Below, piece by piece: positions 1 through 12,284 of a stretch of 64,000 bases of DNA. The stretch lies in NCBI GenBank assembly GCA_964016885.1, contig OZ024740.1:240560001-240624000 (forward strand). The letters run 5' to 3'. A model generated the notes under the pieces. It did no database searches. It saw nothing but the letters and a program-made list of their open reading frames with translations, and was not told the DNA's origin. Each line of letters starts with the position of its first letter. Positions within the stretch are counted from its first letter, which is position 1. This DNA is from Eledone cirrhosa (lineage: Eukaryota). The position numbers were made by a program, and so were the translations under genes.

Positions 1-257
1 ACAAAAAGTAATCAGATAAAACTACTCAGGTTTCTAGAGCACATACCAGAAAAAAAAAAAGAGCTATTTTTCATCCTCGATAGGATATTGTGGTATGTAA
101 CTACTGAAATTTCAACCTATCATAAGTATTCAGAGAATTTTGATAAATGAGAAATTGAAATATAATAGTTGCTTCAAAGATAGTAATATAGCTGCAAAAT
201 TTATTTTTTAACTGAAAAAAGAAAAACCACTTTTGTAACTTATATGTTCAATCTATT

Positions 258-775
258 GTCTCTCTATCAACTGTGTGTCTGTTTCCTTATGCATTCTCAA
301 ACGGCTCAATCAAATCAGATTTTATCAGGTAATAGTATGAGAGACCCCAAGATGAACAACATGTAATTTATATTTTCATTTGGATTTTATCTAAAATAAC
401 CTTTCTATAGTCAACTATAGTAAATGACATTTTATAACACGATGACGACATCACATTTTGTGAGTGTGCGTGTGTTAGGCCTTGGTAAGTTGCATAGAGA
501 ATTAAACACACACACATACATATGTGTATAAGTGTATGTAAGAGTGTATGTGTGTGTGAGTATACATACATTTCTGTGACGACTGACACACACATCTAAA
601 GAGAGAGACACAGCGGGAGAGGCAGAGAGAGAGATAGTGACGTCACACAAAAGTCTAGAATCGGCTTAAACTATAGATAAAGTATCAGTTGAATATTTAA
701 CAATATTGCGTTAGCTTTTATAAAGCGTTCATATGTGTGTGTGGGGGGGGGGGTGTATCTGTGTGTGCGCGTGTA

Positions 776-831
<56 letters not shown>

Positions 832-1757
832 TGTGTGTAGCAGAGGTATATAGTCCAGATGACCCAGAAACATGTTGATTGTTCCTCAAAGCCAGTGTTG
901 AACAAACAGGTGACGATCGGTCACCGGCACGGCACAGCTTCAAATTGGGCCGTTTGTTTACAAATGAATCGAACATTATTATTAATATTTGATATAACCC
1001 ATACGTACATATGTATATGTATATGTATATATATATGTGTGTGTACGTGTGCATACTTACATTTATGTATCAGCTGTGCTAGGGTGAGAAATAAAATTCT
1101 AATTTTATTTTTTCTATAAAGTCGTTTTACACCAGTCTTTGATTTTACTGAACACAGAAAAAATTGATACTATTTGAAATTAATCTACAGTGTTTATTAA
1201 TTTAGCTTTTTGAGGATAGTGTCATGTTATTATTGATCTAATTCAGAATATGAGATGGGAAACAGAAAGGTTAAGACAACAAGAAAGACGATCGCAATAA
1301 ACAGAGGTTCAATATGAAAATCACCAAGTGGCAATGGCAGTTGCGATGCAAACTCGACGAGCACAAACAACTCTTCAAGGCAGAATAAACTGGCTTAGGG
1401 CTGCATTTTCATATGATCCATTGAAGAATTATGGAAATGATTCTAAAGTCACAATTGGTAGAATGGATATTACACTTGGCATGTGTAGCTTAGGAGGAAT
1501 GGTTAGACTTCCACTGATAGAGGACCCTCCAGCTTTTATCCATATACTGCTTACAGACCATACTAATGAAGCTAAACACTTCAGAAGCAATGTTATGTGG
1601 TATATTGCTGCATTTCAGATGGCGTCCTTTGGAGTTGAAAAAGGTCATACTGACTCTGGTTATTTCACTACATTTAAAATCCAAGGCCAATGCTACCATT
1701 TAATTGGCAGTTTACTCACCCAGCCTAATAAAGAAGTTTTATGATTGTTTTTTTATG

Positions 1758-1789
<32 letters not shown>

Positions 1790-1903
1790 ATTATGGTCTC
1801 ACCTCATACTGCAAACCAGACAACACATCCAATACAGTCATTTTCTCTTTCATCTGTCTTCTCTAAACTGTTCTCCCAGGTGAAGCCAGGTACCTCAGCT
1901 AAT
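258..1903 (+). mobile_element. Degenerate internally deleted Helitron (Rep N-terminal fragment plus 3' terminal hairpin)
   Basis: ORF 1328-1744 contains YIAAFQMASFG...TTFKIQGQCYHLIGSLL, typical of the Helitron RepHel N-terminal region. 1875-1903 cccaggtgaagccaggtacctcagctaat is a decayed hairpin+CTAG-type 3' end. The 5' limit is approximate. Confidence 0.7.
735..838. repeat. (GT)n microsatellite with G-run
   Basis: Directly visible. Confidence 0.95.
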
Positions 1904-1952
1904 ACTTAATAATTTACAAGGACAGTGTCAATAACAATAACTTAAAACATAC

Positions 1953-2068
1953 CACAGGTGATGTAGCCATTGCCATTTTGATCAAAAATGGTAAAAGCCA
2001 AGGCATAAAGGGCATCTGGAAGACACAGTAATGCTTCAAAGGCTTGGAACTCATGAAAGGAAATCAAC
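1953..2068 (-). CDS. SLC25A12: Coding exon of calcium-binding mitochondrial aspartate/glutamate carrier (aralar/citrin, SLC25A12/13 family), EF-hand region
   Basis: Acceptor ttttctcgtttcag, donor G|gtatgt, 116 nt. Reads (Q)LISFHEFQAFEALLCLPDALYALAFTIFDQNGNGYITC, matching aralar [38 protein letters not shown]. Phase fits the preceding exon. Confidence 0.93.
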
Positions 2069-2419
2069 CTGAAACGAGAAAAACAGTTAGTTATAAAATG
2101 TAACAAAAATGGTATTCTTTATTTTAAGAAACAATTATATAACAATTGCCTCTCCAATTAGCCTCAACTATGCAGCTATGTAAGAGATCATTAGTTTCTT
2201 CTTCTTCACCCACATATTCCTGAGTCCTCAGGCAGGCCATCCAGAGGATTCAATCAGGTAATTGTCTCCAAGCAAGACCAACCAAGCTTATGGATGTTGT
2301 CCAACCATCTTACTCATACTCTAGTTCTGAGTCTCCTGCCAATTAGTTTTTGCCTGTAAAATCTGCCCATTGATTCTTTTCTTAGACATTTTTACCACAC
2401 CCCTGTAGTATCAGAGTTA

Positions 2420-2905
2420 TCCGATGCAGAGAAGTAGCAACTATACCTGGAGTGTCTCTCTGATCTTTGCAGATGATATATTGCTACTAACTCATCATAA
2501 GGTGATCTCCAACATGTACTTGATAGGTTTAATGCCAAGTGCAGCAGAGCTGGAATATAAATCAGTGCTATGAAGACTAAGACACTTGTCCTCTCAAGAA
2601 AGCCTGTGCAGTGCACTCTGCATGTGAATGGAGTTACTCTGAAGCAGGTGGAGAAGTTCAAGTATCTCAAGATCACTTTCAAGAGTGATGGAAGGCAAGG
2701 GACTGAATTAAATGTAAGGATTACTAGAGCTGGGGCAATAATATGCCAGCTTCAGAACTCAGTCATCAGAAAAAGAAAGGTAGATCTAAAAGCTAAACTC
2801 ACTATCATTAATTCAGTGTGGTTATAAATTTGGAGTAATGACTACAAATATAAGCAGCTGAAATAAAGTTCCTTCAAAGGTTCTTTGGAATAATGTTATT
2901 GATAA
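2420..2905 (+). mobile_element. Decayed RTE-clade LINE RT fragment (intronic)
   Basis: LIFADD-like motif near 2460, then KTKTLVLSRKPVQCTLHVNGVTLKQVEKFKYL (ORF 2570-2827), with stops and frameshifts. Confidence 0.8.
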
Positions 2906-2940
2906 TTTCTGAATGGAGAAACAAAAAAGGAAATTCTTAC

Positions 2941-3083
2941 TGGTCTCGAGTTGTGTCAGCAGAAGAGGCAAAAAGCTTTAAAGTATAGTCATCATATTTG
3001 TCAGGTTTCAAAACTTGCAGGTAACGCAGAACAAAGTCATCATAAGTCATAAAATGTTCATCTTGTACGGTGCGGCTAGCATA
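2941..3083 (-). CDS. SLC25A12: Coding exon of aralar/citrin (SLC25A12/13 family)
   Basis: Acceptor tttatatttcttcag, donor CA|gtaaga, 143 nt. YASRTVQDEHFMTYDDFVLRYLQVLKPDKYDDYTLKLFASSADTTRD aligns with aralar [24 protein letters not shown]...LLAGVADQTKD. Confidence 0.93.
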
Positions 3084-3509
3084 CTGAAGAAATATAAAAC
3101 ATAGTATAGAAATGTTCATCTTGGGGTGTCAAGCATACTAAAAATACAGTATAAAAATGAACAAGCAAAAGCAAGCATAGGTTTTATGGGTTTTGAATAT
3201 AATCAAATAGTAGGGAAAACGGAGATTAAATAATGAGAAGGGAGAGGAAGAGTAGGGGAGTAAGAGAAAGAGGATAGACTTATTAATATCCATCAAAGTG
3301 TTATTAAATTAGAGGCACATCAGGACAACAAAGTGGACCTGTAGGAACAATAAATATATCTATTTTTTTAAGTCAGGCAACTTAACCATGTACATCTAAC
3401 ATTTCATTGCCTGTCTGGTTATAATTGGAATTAAGAAATACATTTAGATTATATGGAAGAGTGAAAAAGAGAAAATGACAGGCAATCACCGACTGAGAGA
3501 ATCAATACT

Positions 3510-3633
3510 TTGTTTCTGGAATTTCTATTTGGTCTTTTCAACCAGTTTTTGGCAAAGTTGCAATATATATATATATATATTGCAACTTTACCAAAAACTG
3601 GTCAATAAGACCAAATAGAAATTCCAGAAACAA
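3510..3633. repeat. Inverted repeat, ~53 bp arms around a (TA)n centre
   Basis: ttgtttctggaatttctatttggtc...aaagttgca-(at)n-tgcaacttt...gaccaaatagaaattccagaaacaa, few mismatches. Confidence 0.9.
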
Positions 3634-4152
3634 TATTTTTAATTATAAAGATAAAAATTGACTTTAGATTATCAAAAAATTGAAATGTGAAAAGATTAAA
3701 ATAAAAAATATTTGCTTTTGTTACAACAATTCATATTCAACATCTCTCCCACTTTCATCCAAGTGAGTTTTGAAAATGGTTAAATATTAGAGACATTGTC
3801 AAACAAGTTACAACTGCAATAGTTTACACATATTGTGTGACTGGGTGAAGAACACCAGATGAAAAAGTACACTAAGTTGAAAGTTGAAAGTAACCATAGT
3901 GGATATCATCTTTATCATCACCATAGACCAATGAATGAGGGTGAAATATTTTGAATCTGAAGGAAAAACCTAGCCTTTGCAATACAATTGATTATAGCTA
4001 TGTTGTGTATCTGGGGTAGAACAAAAATATTTGTATAAGATCATTATACAAAATAAATATAAAAAGGTCATCAGACATACAGATGATGACAAGATTTAGA
4101 AGTTAACAGAAAGGAGTGAGTGGGACTGAAAAGACTGAAATCAATACATTAA

Positions 4153-4569
4153 CCCTTTAGCATTTAAACCAGCCATTTCTGGCCAGAATTCTCTCACCTC
4201 TTTCTGTTCAAACTGGCTGTAACAGGCCACACATACAGATGTTAAGACATTGTTCTCAACATAAATAATTGTCTACTTTTGGCACAAGGCCAGCAATTAC
4301 CCCATTGCTTTACTGGTGCTTTATTTTGTCGACCCCGTAAAGATGAAAAGCAAAGTTATTTGAACTCAAAGCATAAAGATTTGAACTCAGAACATAAAGG
4401 GCTGCAATGCATGGCATCTAACCCTCTACTGATACTGCCAATCCACCGTTGTCAACATAAATAATATCAAAATCTCATAGATTCGATATTATGTGAGATA
4501 ATTATGTGGGGTAAAGCCTTTACCATGAAAATATAATAGTATATATAGAGTAATGTAAATGCTAAAGTG
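4153..4569. mobile_element. piggyBac-like MITE (TTAA target) with a nested SINE
   Basis: TTAA|ccctttagcatt...aatgctaaagtg|TTAA. Same family at 28341, 33530 and 52598. Confidence 0.85.
4270..4451 (-). mobile_element. tRNA-headed SINE family B, nested in the MITE
   Basis: Homologous to 33555-33740. Flanked by the 14-bp duplication tcaacataaataat (4256-4269, 4452-4465). Confidence 0.8.
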
Positions 4570-5169
4570 TTAAGCCTAGTGTGTCATAAAAGGACCAATG
4601 AACATGTATATTTTTTTGTGTTTTTGCTTTGTTTATTGATGTATGGGTGTGTTGATAGTAAGTAGGTGGTCCAGGGAGAGTTATGGTATTGCTTACAATG
4701 TGGTTGTGATAGATAGGTGTGTGATCAGAAAGTATTAAGACTGTCTGAATATTGTTAAAAGAATCCTTCAAAATATCCTAATCATATAAAATACCAATTT
4801 TCTATAATGTAATGACTTTATTAATCATTTTTAAAAGCTTTAGCACTTGAAATAGACAGAATAAACAGTTTAAGTGATAAAAAAAATAAAAAGTAGACAT
4901 TGTGCTAATCTTCGCAGTAAAGACAAAAAAAAAGGGAAAATGGCATAGAAAAAAAAACTTTCTTTCAAAATGTAACCAGTTATATTAGTTAGTCACTCAA
5001 TATTCTTTATATCAAGAAAAAATGCTGATTTCACAAGGGAACAACATAAGGAAATAATATATATATTAATTATTTTTTTTTAGTTTTTATGATATAATAC
5101 TCACAAAGAAACAATGCTTGCTATAAAAATTTTAGCAAATTTAAGCTATAACAAATAAAAAAGGCTAAC

Positions 5170-5223
5170 CTTCAGAAATATCTCTCGTAGTTTGTCAGTG
5201 TCTGCTCTCTTAAAGACATCAAT
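5170..5223 (-). CDS. SLC25A12: Coding exon of aralar/citrin (SLC25A12/13 family), near the N-terminus
   Basis: Acceptor tttctttttttgtctag, donor AAG|gttagc, 54 nt, phase 0/0. IDVFKRADTDKLREIFLK matches aralar/citrin KR(G/A)DPxELRxIFL(Q/K) and joins in frame to the YAS exon. Confidence 0.9.
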
Positions 5224-5944
5224 CTAGACAAAAAAAGAAAAACAAAAAGATTGATATTGCATTTAATATATCGTTGATATAGTTAGTAGAGACATGAAAA
5301 TACCTTATCAATTCATGGAAACTTAAAATCAGAAGTCTATCATCTTAAAACATAATATAACAAAAAAAAAAAGATTAGTGATCTTATCAATTTCCAACTA
5401 AAGATCAAATGGTTACTAACTTATATTGATAATAGCAAAAAACATAATTATAGAATTTACTCAATCAAATGATAAAAATTGATAAATCAGAAAGTGGTTC
5501 AAAAACATATTTATTAATTGGAAGATTTAGCCAAGAAAGATTTTCATTTATTTCATCATCATCATCATCATTTTAATGTCCACTTTCCCTGCTAGCAAGC
5601 CAAGAATATATCAGCAACATACATTATAGATTAAAAACTAGATAGATGCCTCATCATTACTATTTTTGTTTCCTTTTTGAATTCAAAAAGTCACCTTTTC
5701 AACATTTTCAGGGATTCTTAAATACAAATTTATAAATACCAGACAAAAGTATCTCAATTAGAAATATTCTCCTCCTTCTCACAATATATTTAAAAGCAAC
5801 ATTCTATTTTAGGGCAATTATTATTGTATATTTATTTATTCATATATATATAAAGAGTGGCGCCCCAGCATGGTCTCAGCTGGATGGCTGGAAACAAGTA
5901 AAAGAGTATATATGTGTGTGTGTGTATGTGTCTAGATATATATC

Positions 5945-6325
5945 TCTTTTACTCTTTTACCTGTTCCAGCCATCCTAAATTAATGATAAAGTCCGGCAAG
6001 TCATCTGCACATTGTCGCCATTTTCATGATGTGTCAATGAAACGATGCATCATCGCTCATGTCTAAACCCAAGTCACGTATTGATTTCAACACGGGGATT
6101 TCAATCCCTCCCGGTTCGATGTAGCGTTTTTGTACTGTCCTTGTGTTAGCAGGTTAATATTGTAGGGCTTGAAATTTCCAGATCTTGTAAAAGAGTAGCA
6201 TCAGCTGGATTCTTGACTGCCTGTGCTACCTTTGTGTCATGAGCATAGCTAGTGAGGGATGTTATCTGTACTACAGAAGGCATGTCTGAAAGAGCCACTA
6301 AAAACAGTAGTGATCCCACCACACA
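5945..6325 (-). mobile_element. Decayed CR1/L2-like LINE RT fragment with 3' tail
   Basis: GSLLFLVALSDMPSVVQITSLTSYAHDTKV (degenerate YADD), then SIRDLGLDMSDDASF-like sequence and an (aaaagag)-type tail. Confidence 0.7.
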
Positions 6326-7149
6326 CTCTTTACCTCCATCTTCTATAAATCCACTGATTCCCAGTCTTATCTTGACTTCATCTCCTCCTATCCCACCCAC
6401 ACCAAACTCTCTATACCCTACACCCAATTCCTTCGTCTTCATCGGCTCAATAGCCAGGACCACGATTTCAAGACCCAGTCCCTTCACATGCCCCCCCCCC
6501 CCCTACTTCATCCAGCATGGATATCCCCTACCCTGATCCAAGCTGCCCTCACCCGTACCCATCAAAGCACCCGTACCACAGTGCTCTTCCCCCACCACCA
6601 CCACCACATTAAATAAATATTTAATGTAATAATTATTGTATTATGGTAATCTTATCACAAGCTATTAAAACATGTGGGATTGTTAAAACATCGTTGTTTG
6701 AAATATAGGGACATATTAACATGAAGCACATTTAAGTTTGAAATGTACAATGCAGGATCAAACCCAGAACCATTGTGAGTCAATATTTTAAACCATATTA
6801 ACATATTAGAAACTGTGAGAGAATTAACCATACTACCTATGTTACATTTTACTCTTTCATACACGCACCTAACTTACGCTTTCACCAAATATCCATCTAT
6901 CACACCTTTTTTCTCTCTCTAGTTTACTATTTCACACACTCTAGCTCTATCTTGCTTCAGAGTAACAGTATCCAGTAACCTAAGTGTTTTCTTATACTGT
7001 AAATTGGCAATTTCACTGTATCAAAACACTGTATTATATGTATATGTCTGTATATATTTATTTATCATCATTTAACATCCATTTTCCCTGAGTATATGAA
7101 TGAACAGACAGACACATTACATATGTATGTGTGTGTGTGTGTATGTGTA

Positions 7150-8080
7150 TGCATATATAATTTATTACATGTCAATAACTGGCAGTTAATTACAATAAAA
7201 ATTTCACCTAGTAGCTGATATACAAATTTCAAAATCCACCATTCCAACAACGAGTGGTTGAGTAAAAGAGTAATCCTTACCCCCCAAAAAACATCACAGT
7301 CAATGCCATCAACAAAAATGTCTCACAAATGATCCCTGGAGGTAGCCAGACCTATAAATCTATCGACAAAGTTGTCAACAAGGATGATGCTGCTTATTAT
7401 CCCATTGAATTTCTCAACAGTTTGGAATTGTCCGCTATGCCACCACACAACCTTGAATTGAGGAAGGGTACAGTCACCATGCTTCTCAGAAACCTGGATC
7501 AGCCAGGATTGTGCAATGGGATGCATATGGTTGTGACTGAGCTACAGCCTCACATTATCAAAGCCACTGGATATGGTAAGGGAAACATTGTATTTATACC
7601 AAGAATGCCACCAGTACTAACAGATGGCCCCCTTCATTTCAAACGATTGCAATTCCCAGTGAGAGTCAGTTATGCAATCACCATTAACATGTCCCATGGT
7701 CAAACACTGCAGGTTATCGGTCTCCATCTAAAAATGGACTGTTTCTCACGAAGTTAATTGTATGTCGGTTGTTCCAGAGTAGGAAGCTCCAACAAACTCT
7801 TCATATATGCTCCAAAGAAAAAAATTACAAACATTGTATATACTGAAGTTCTGTAAATGTTTTATAATTTTCATAGAATACATTTTTCTATTATTTTCTT
7901 TTATAATTTCTGTATTTAGATATTAAAAATATATTTTTTAAATTATGTTATGCAATATTTAAATACCTTTTAACATCTTTTATTTTAAGGAAAATGAACA
8001 TTACGATAGATGACAACAGGTGCCTTATGAATAGATTTGAGCAGAGTACAAACCTGGGTGAAGGCTGGGTGATTGTTAGT
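7150..8080 (+). mobile_element. Helitron 3' fragment: PIF1-like helicase C-terminus plus decayed terminal hairpin
   Basis: ORF 7329-7757 YPIEFLNSL...PPHNLELRKG...MLLRNL...GLCNG...FKRLQFPVRVSYAITINMSHGQTL, continuing LYVGCSRV after a stop. 8053-8080 cctgggtgaaggctgggtgattgttagt is a degenerate 3' end. Confidence 0.88.
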
Positions 8081-8918
8081 GGTTAATATAACTAGAACAT
8101 GCTGTCATACTGAAGCAATAAATATTTCCAGTCAAGCACACAGATCAGCTACAAAAATTATCCACCTGTGACATTAAACACGTGCTAATTGCTGTCGAGA
8201 CCTCTGGAGTCTTAGCCTAAACTGTTGTTTTCCGCCACAAAATCCTGCCTGAAGGAGCCCCATGAGGTAGAGTGACTAATGTAATGGATGCCATTGGCTG
8301 TTTACAGTGGCAATAGATTAGTGGATCATAATTTGGGCCAATAGCAGAATATGAAATGAAGCAATATTTCAAACTTTCACCAAAATAAAATATGTTTCAT
8401 TGAAACTTGATAGGACTTTATGTTGTGTATGAAGAAACTGCTCAGAGCTATTCTCATTAAATGACCTCAAATTAAATTTCATACAAGAGTTAGCTAACAG
8501 TCTACTCTTAATCCACCCCACCCCAATTTTATATAATTTGTTATTAAAGTTATTGTAACCAATGAAAAGAGCTTGGAATAGGAATATGAAATAAAGAAAT
8601 TAATAATAGGAATCTGAGAAAAGTTTTTAGTTATGACTAGCATTAAAGCCCGGCGTTGCTCGGGGTCATTAAGTTACCAAAGTTAGGTCGCACCACCCAT
8701 TTTATGGCAGCACTTTTTTGTCTGCCAGGCACTGGGTGAATGAATTGCAGACCTGGAAGCAGGAGCTGCGCCAGCTGTGACAATTGTAGTTTCGCCTATG
8801 GATATTATCTCTGTGCAAAAAAGTGTTGAAATTTATTGTTTCACAGTACTTGCGCAACACGCGCGTAGACGATGCCAGCCGAACAGAGCTGCGATGGAGT
8901 TGTTCTGCATGGTTGTCT

Positions 8919-9290
8919 GTGTGTTTTCTAAATTTAAGACAGTAGAGAGGGTTGTGATATGAGGGAGAGTTAGCTGTTGTTTCTAGCAGGTTTAGTGACC
9001 TCATAGAGGATATGTGTTTTCTAAATTTAAGACAGTAGGGAGTGGTGTGATATGGGGGAGAGTTAGCTGCTGTTTCTAGCAGGTTTAGTGACCTCATAGA
9101 AGATATGTTTTCTAAATTTAAGACAGTAGGGAGGGGTGTGATATGGGGGAGAGTTAGCTGCTGTTTCTAGCAGGTTTAGTAACCTCATAGAGGATATGTG
9201 TTTTCTAAATTTAAGACAGTAGGGAGTGGTGTGATATGGGGGAGAGTTAGCTGCTGTTTCTAGCAGGTTTAGTGACCTCATAGAGGATAT
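8919..9290. repeat. Four tandem copies of a 91-93 bp unit inside the Helitron
   Basis: ttttctaaatttaagacagtag...gacctcatagaggatat recurs at 8924, 9017, 9108 and 9201. Confidence 0.95.
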
Positions 9291-9559
9291 TATTGTTTAT
9301 CATTATCTATAAAAGCAAATTGTTGTTGTTGAAGTGAGTGTGTTTTTGTATGCGTTTGGAAAAGAGGTTTTAAAAAAGATTTATCGCTTGTTGTTGAATA
9401 AATGTATCTGTTGCTTTTGAATAATTGTCGTTTCGTATGAAATGTAATAATTGTTTCTACTTTTTTGGCACAAAGCCAGCAATTACCCAGTACATTACTG
9501 GTACTTTATGTAATAATAAACGTTCTCTCTCTTTCTCTCTCTCTTCTCTCTCTCTCTTC

Positions 9560-9880
9560 GGCAATCACGCACGTTGTTTAATTGCTTTAAATGTTTTTTT
9601 ATCATTTGAAGTGAGTGTAAGAAAGGAAGTTAATGAATAGTCGTGTATTTGTGGTTATAAATCCCGCACGTTGTTTAATTGCTTTAAATTTTTTTTGATC
9701 AATTTATGTGAGTGTGTGTTTGTATGTGTTTGTAAATAAATCATTAAGTTTGAAGCAACTAAAAGTTAGTGTGGTTATAAATCACGCACGTTGTTTAATT
9801 GCTTTAAATGTTTTTTTATCATTTGAAGTGAGTGTGTGTTTGTATGCGTTTGGAAATAAATCAGTAAGTTTGAAGTATAA
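9560..9880. repeat. Three imperfect ~100-120 bp repeats inside the Helitron
   Basis: aatc(a/c)cgcacgttgtttaattgctttaaa at ~9563, ~9660 and ~9780. Confidence 0.85.
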
Positions 9881-10308
9881 AAGAGAAAGTAGCAAAATGT
9901 GTGGGTTGTAGATAGAGGTAAGCAGATGATATGAGAGAGTAAAACGGACAGTATCACCATCAAGCTTGGAAAGAGAAAGTAGCAGAAAGTATGAAGTTGT
10001 ATAGATTTTGAATGGTAGTGGAAAGAGTTTAGCAGTTTAAATTACAGAGAAAAATCGTAAAATATTGAGTTTTATCTATTTTTTGCGTAATTGTGGGTGA
10101 AATTGAAAAAAATTATCTGTGCCAAGACGCAATCGAAGCTATTTCGAATACTGAATTGTAAATTTCAATTGAAGAAATTCTATATCGTAGATTTCTATAA
10201 GAAAGGAGCATAACCACACACTGAGCTTTATAGATTATGATATATATGTGGAGAGTAGGTTCAGCTCAATGTAATCTATGCAGATAAAAAATGTGAAATA
10301 GGAATTAA

Positions 10309-10538
10309 CCCTTTTGATACCAAACCACCTGAAACTGGCTGTTTCTATAATACAAAACAATTTGTTTAAAATGTTTATATTTATCTAATAACCCTCCACT
10401 ACTGTAAGAACCTTTGTTAAGCTATATTCCAAACACCAATTTAATAATGAGAAAGTCACTACAAATGTTTGACTATTTTCAAAAATATTTGAAAATCACA
10501 TGTAATGTCTTTTCATTGGAAATATGATAATGAAAGGG
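10309..10538. mobile_element. Second piggyBac-like MITE family (decayed)
   Basis: TTAA|cccttttgatacc...atgaaaggg|taaa. Related copy at ~29321-29559. Confidence 0.65.
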
Positions 10539-12284
10539 TAAACATTTTGTTCTAAAGCATTTTAACTAAACTACTAGACAGACAAAAAATAAAATCCAGA
10601 CAGCTAACCTAATTAGTACTGGGAGTGGAACCAAGTTTGAGTGGAAACAATTTAGAGAATTCCTATGCAGTAGGTGGCTAAGTTGACAGAGTAATGGACA
10701 ACTTTGCCAAGACATCAATGGTTTATCTATCTCCAGCACTACATTGTATCCATGTCAAAGAACACCGAGTCATATGTATGTGTCACGGGTAGTATTCTTC
10801 ACCCCTATAAAATGCAGCAACACTTTGGGGCAGAAAAAATAGCATATTTTTTAACTTGCATTACTGCATTCAATTCTATGCACAGAAATATCTAATAGCA
10901 AAAGACCAGCATCCTATTTGATTTTATTAAAATACTCAGTAATCTAGCATTTAAACTTAAAAGCCAATTTCTCTCATTGATTTTTTTTCCATACCAGTAC
11001 TGATAGGAAACTACTGTGACATTGGATCTTTATGTGGACTTTTGAGGAACATGATTTACAGCTGGATACTCTTCCAAGCAATACCATTTGCTAAGATACC
11101 TATTTTCAGCTAGGCAAGCAGAGTAGTTTGTCATTCTTAACATCACAATGAAATGTACTTGCTCTGTATTAAATTCATGTGATAACAACCTGTAATTCAA
11201 CAACTTTTTAGCTTCTTTAATAACTATTGTTCATAATATAACATCTTTGTTTTGTTTTTTTAAATGTTTTCCTATATTCTTCCATTTTTTTTAAAAAGTC
11301 ATTCAGCCCATGCCAGCATAGAAAAGCAGAAATTAAAATGATGACAATGAGTGTGTATGACTATCATCTAAATGTTATTGGAGCAAATAAACAAATTTAA
11401 AAATGTTATGTGATAACCTAACAACATAAAATGCATGTTAGTATGTCAATAATCAGTAATGCAACAGGTACACTATATTTGATCAGTTATATTTAATAAG
11501 CTTTCCTCTGTTGAACCAATGTTTTGTTATCACTGGTAGCATTCTTTATCAAATAAAATTATACATACTATTGGGCTGCATGTTGTTGAAGTCATTTGAT
11601 ATGTATTGAATTAAGAAGCATATACTTTTTACCAATGTTTGTAATCTTATTCTACATATTGAATGAAGCCACTTTTTTATTGCTAATGAGGTCACCAAAA
11701 TTTAATTCACTTAAATTTAGGCAAGTTCAATTTCAAGTTTAATTTTCAATCCAAAATTTCTATATTTTTAGCAATTTTATTTAAATGAATTGTTACAAAA
11801 CAAATCTATATGTAAAACAAATAACCTCCTAAACAGTACTATACAACCAGGTGTATTTATTATATTCACAACCTTCATTGTTCCACCTTTGAGTTATGTC
11901 ATATTCAACCTTCAAAGTACATCATATTCAACCTTTGTTGCTCAACTTTCTAAATGTATTATATTTAATCTTCACTACTCAACTTTCCAAATGTATTATG
12001 TTTAGCTATAAAAAATTATTCATTTAATATCAGGTTTTCAATGGGGAATCTATGATTCAATGCACACTTGACAGTGGAAGTGAAAAAATAGGTATCACTA
12101 AGTTGATACAGAATAAATATCCCACAGGAATTTCTTTGTTAAGTACCAACCGCTTTTATTTTGTCAATTTTTCTTCCTTGGTTTTCTCACTAATTTTTAT
12201 ATCCTTTTGATATTCATTGGTGAAAGATACATAGATATGCATACATGTGTATGAATGTGTGCATGTGTATGTATATATATATAT

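Larger units (their letters stand above)
8637..10240 (-). mobile_element. Non-autonomous Helitron, both termini visible
   Basis: The minus strand begins A|TCATAATCTATAAAG (10240) and ends ccccgagcaacgccgggctttaatgCTAG|T (8637): TC...hairpin-CTAG inserted in AT, no TSD. Confidence 0.85.

Noticed and set aside
5105-5120. Possible 16-nt aralar microexon (ttttatag|caagcattgtttcttt|gtgagt)
   Set aside because: It would frameshift between two phase-0 exons and leave an intron under 50 nt
8919-9290. Regularly spaced repeats resembling a CRISPR array (also 27130-27730)
   Set aside because: Whole units are repeated with no unique spacers, there are no cas genes, and the context is eukaryotic transposons
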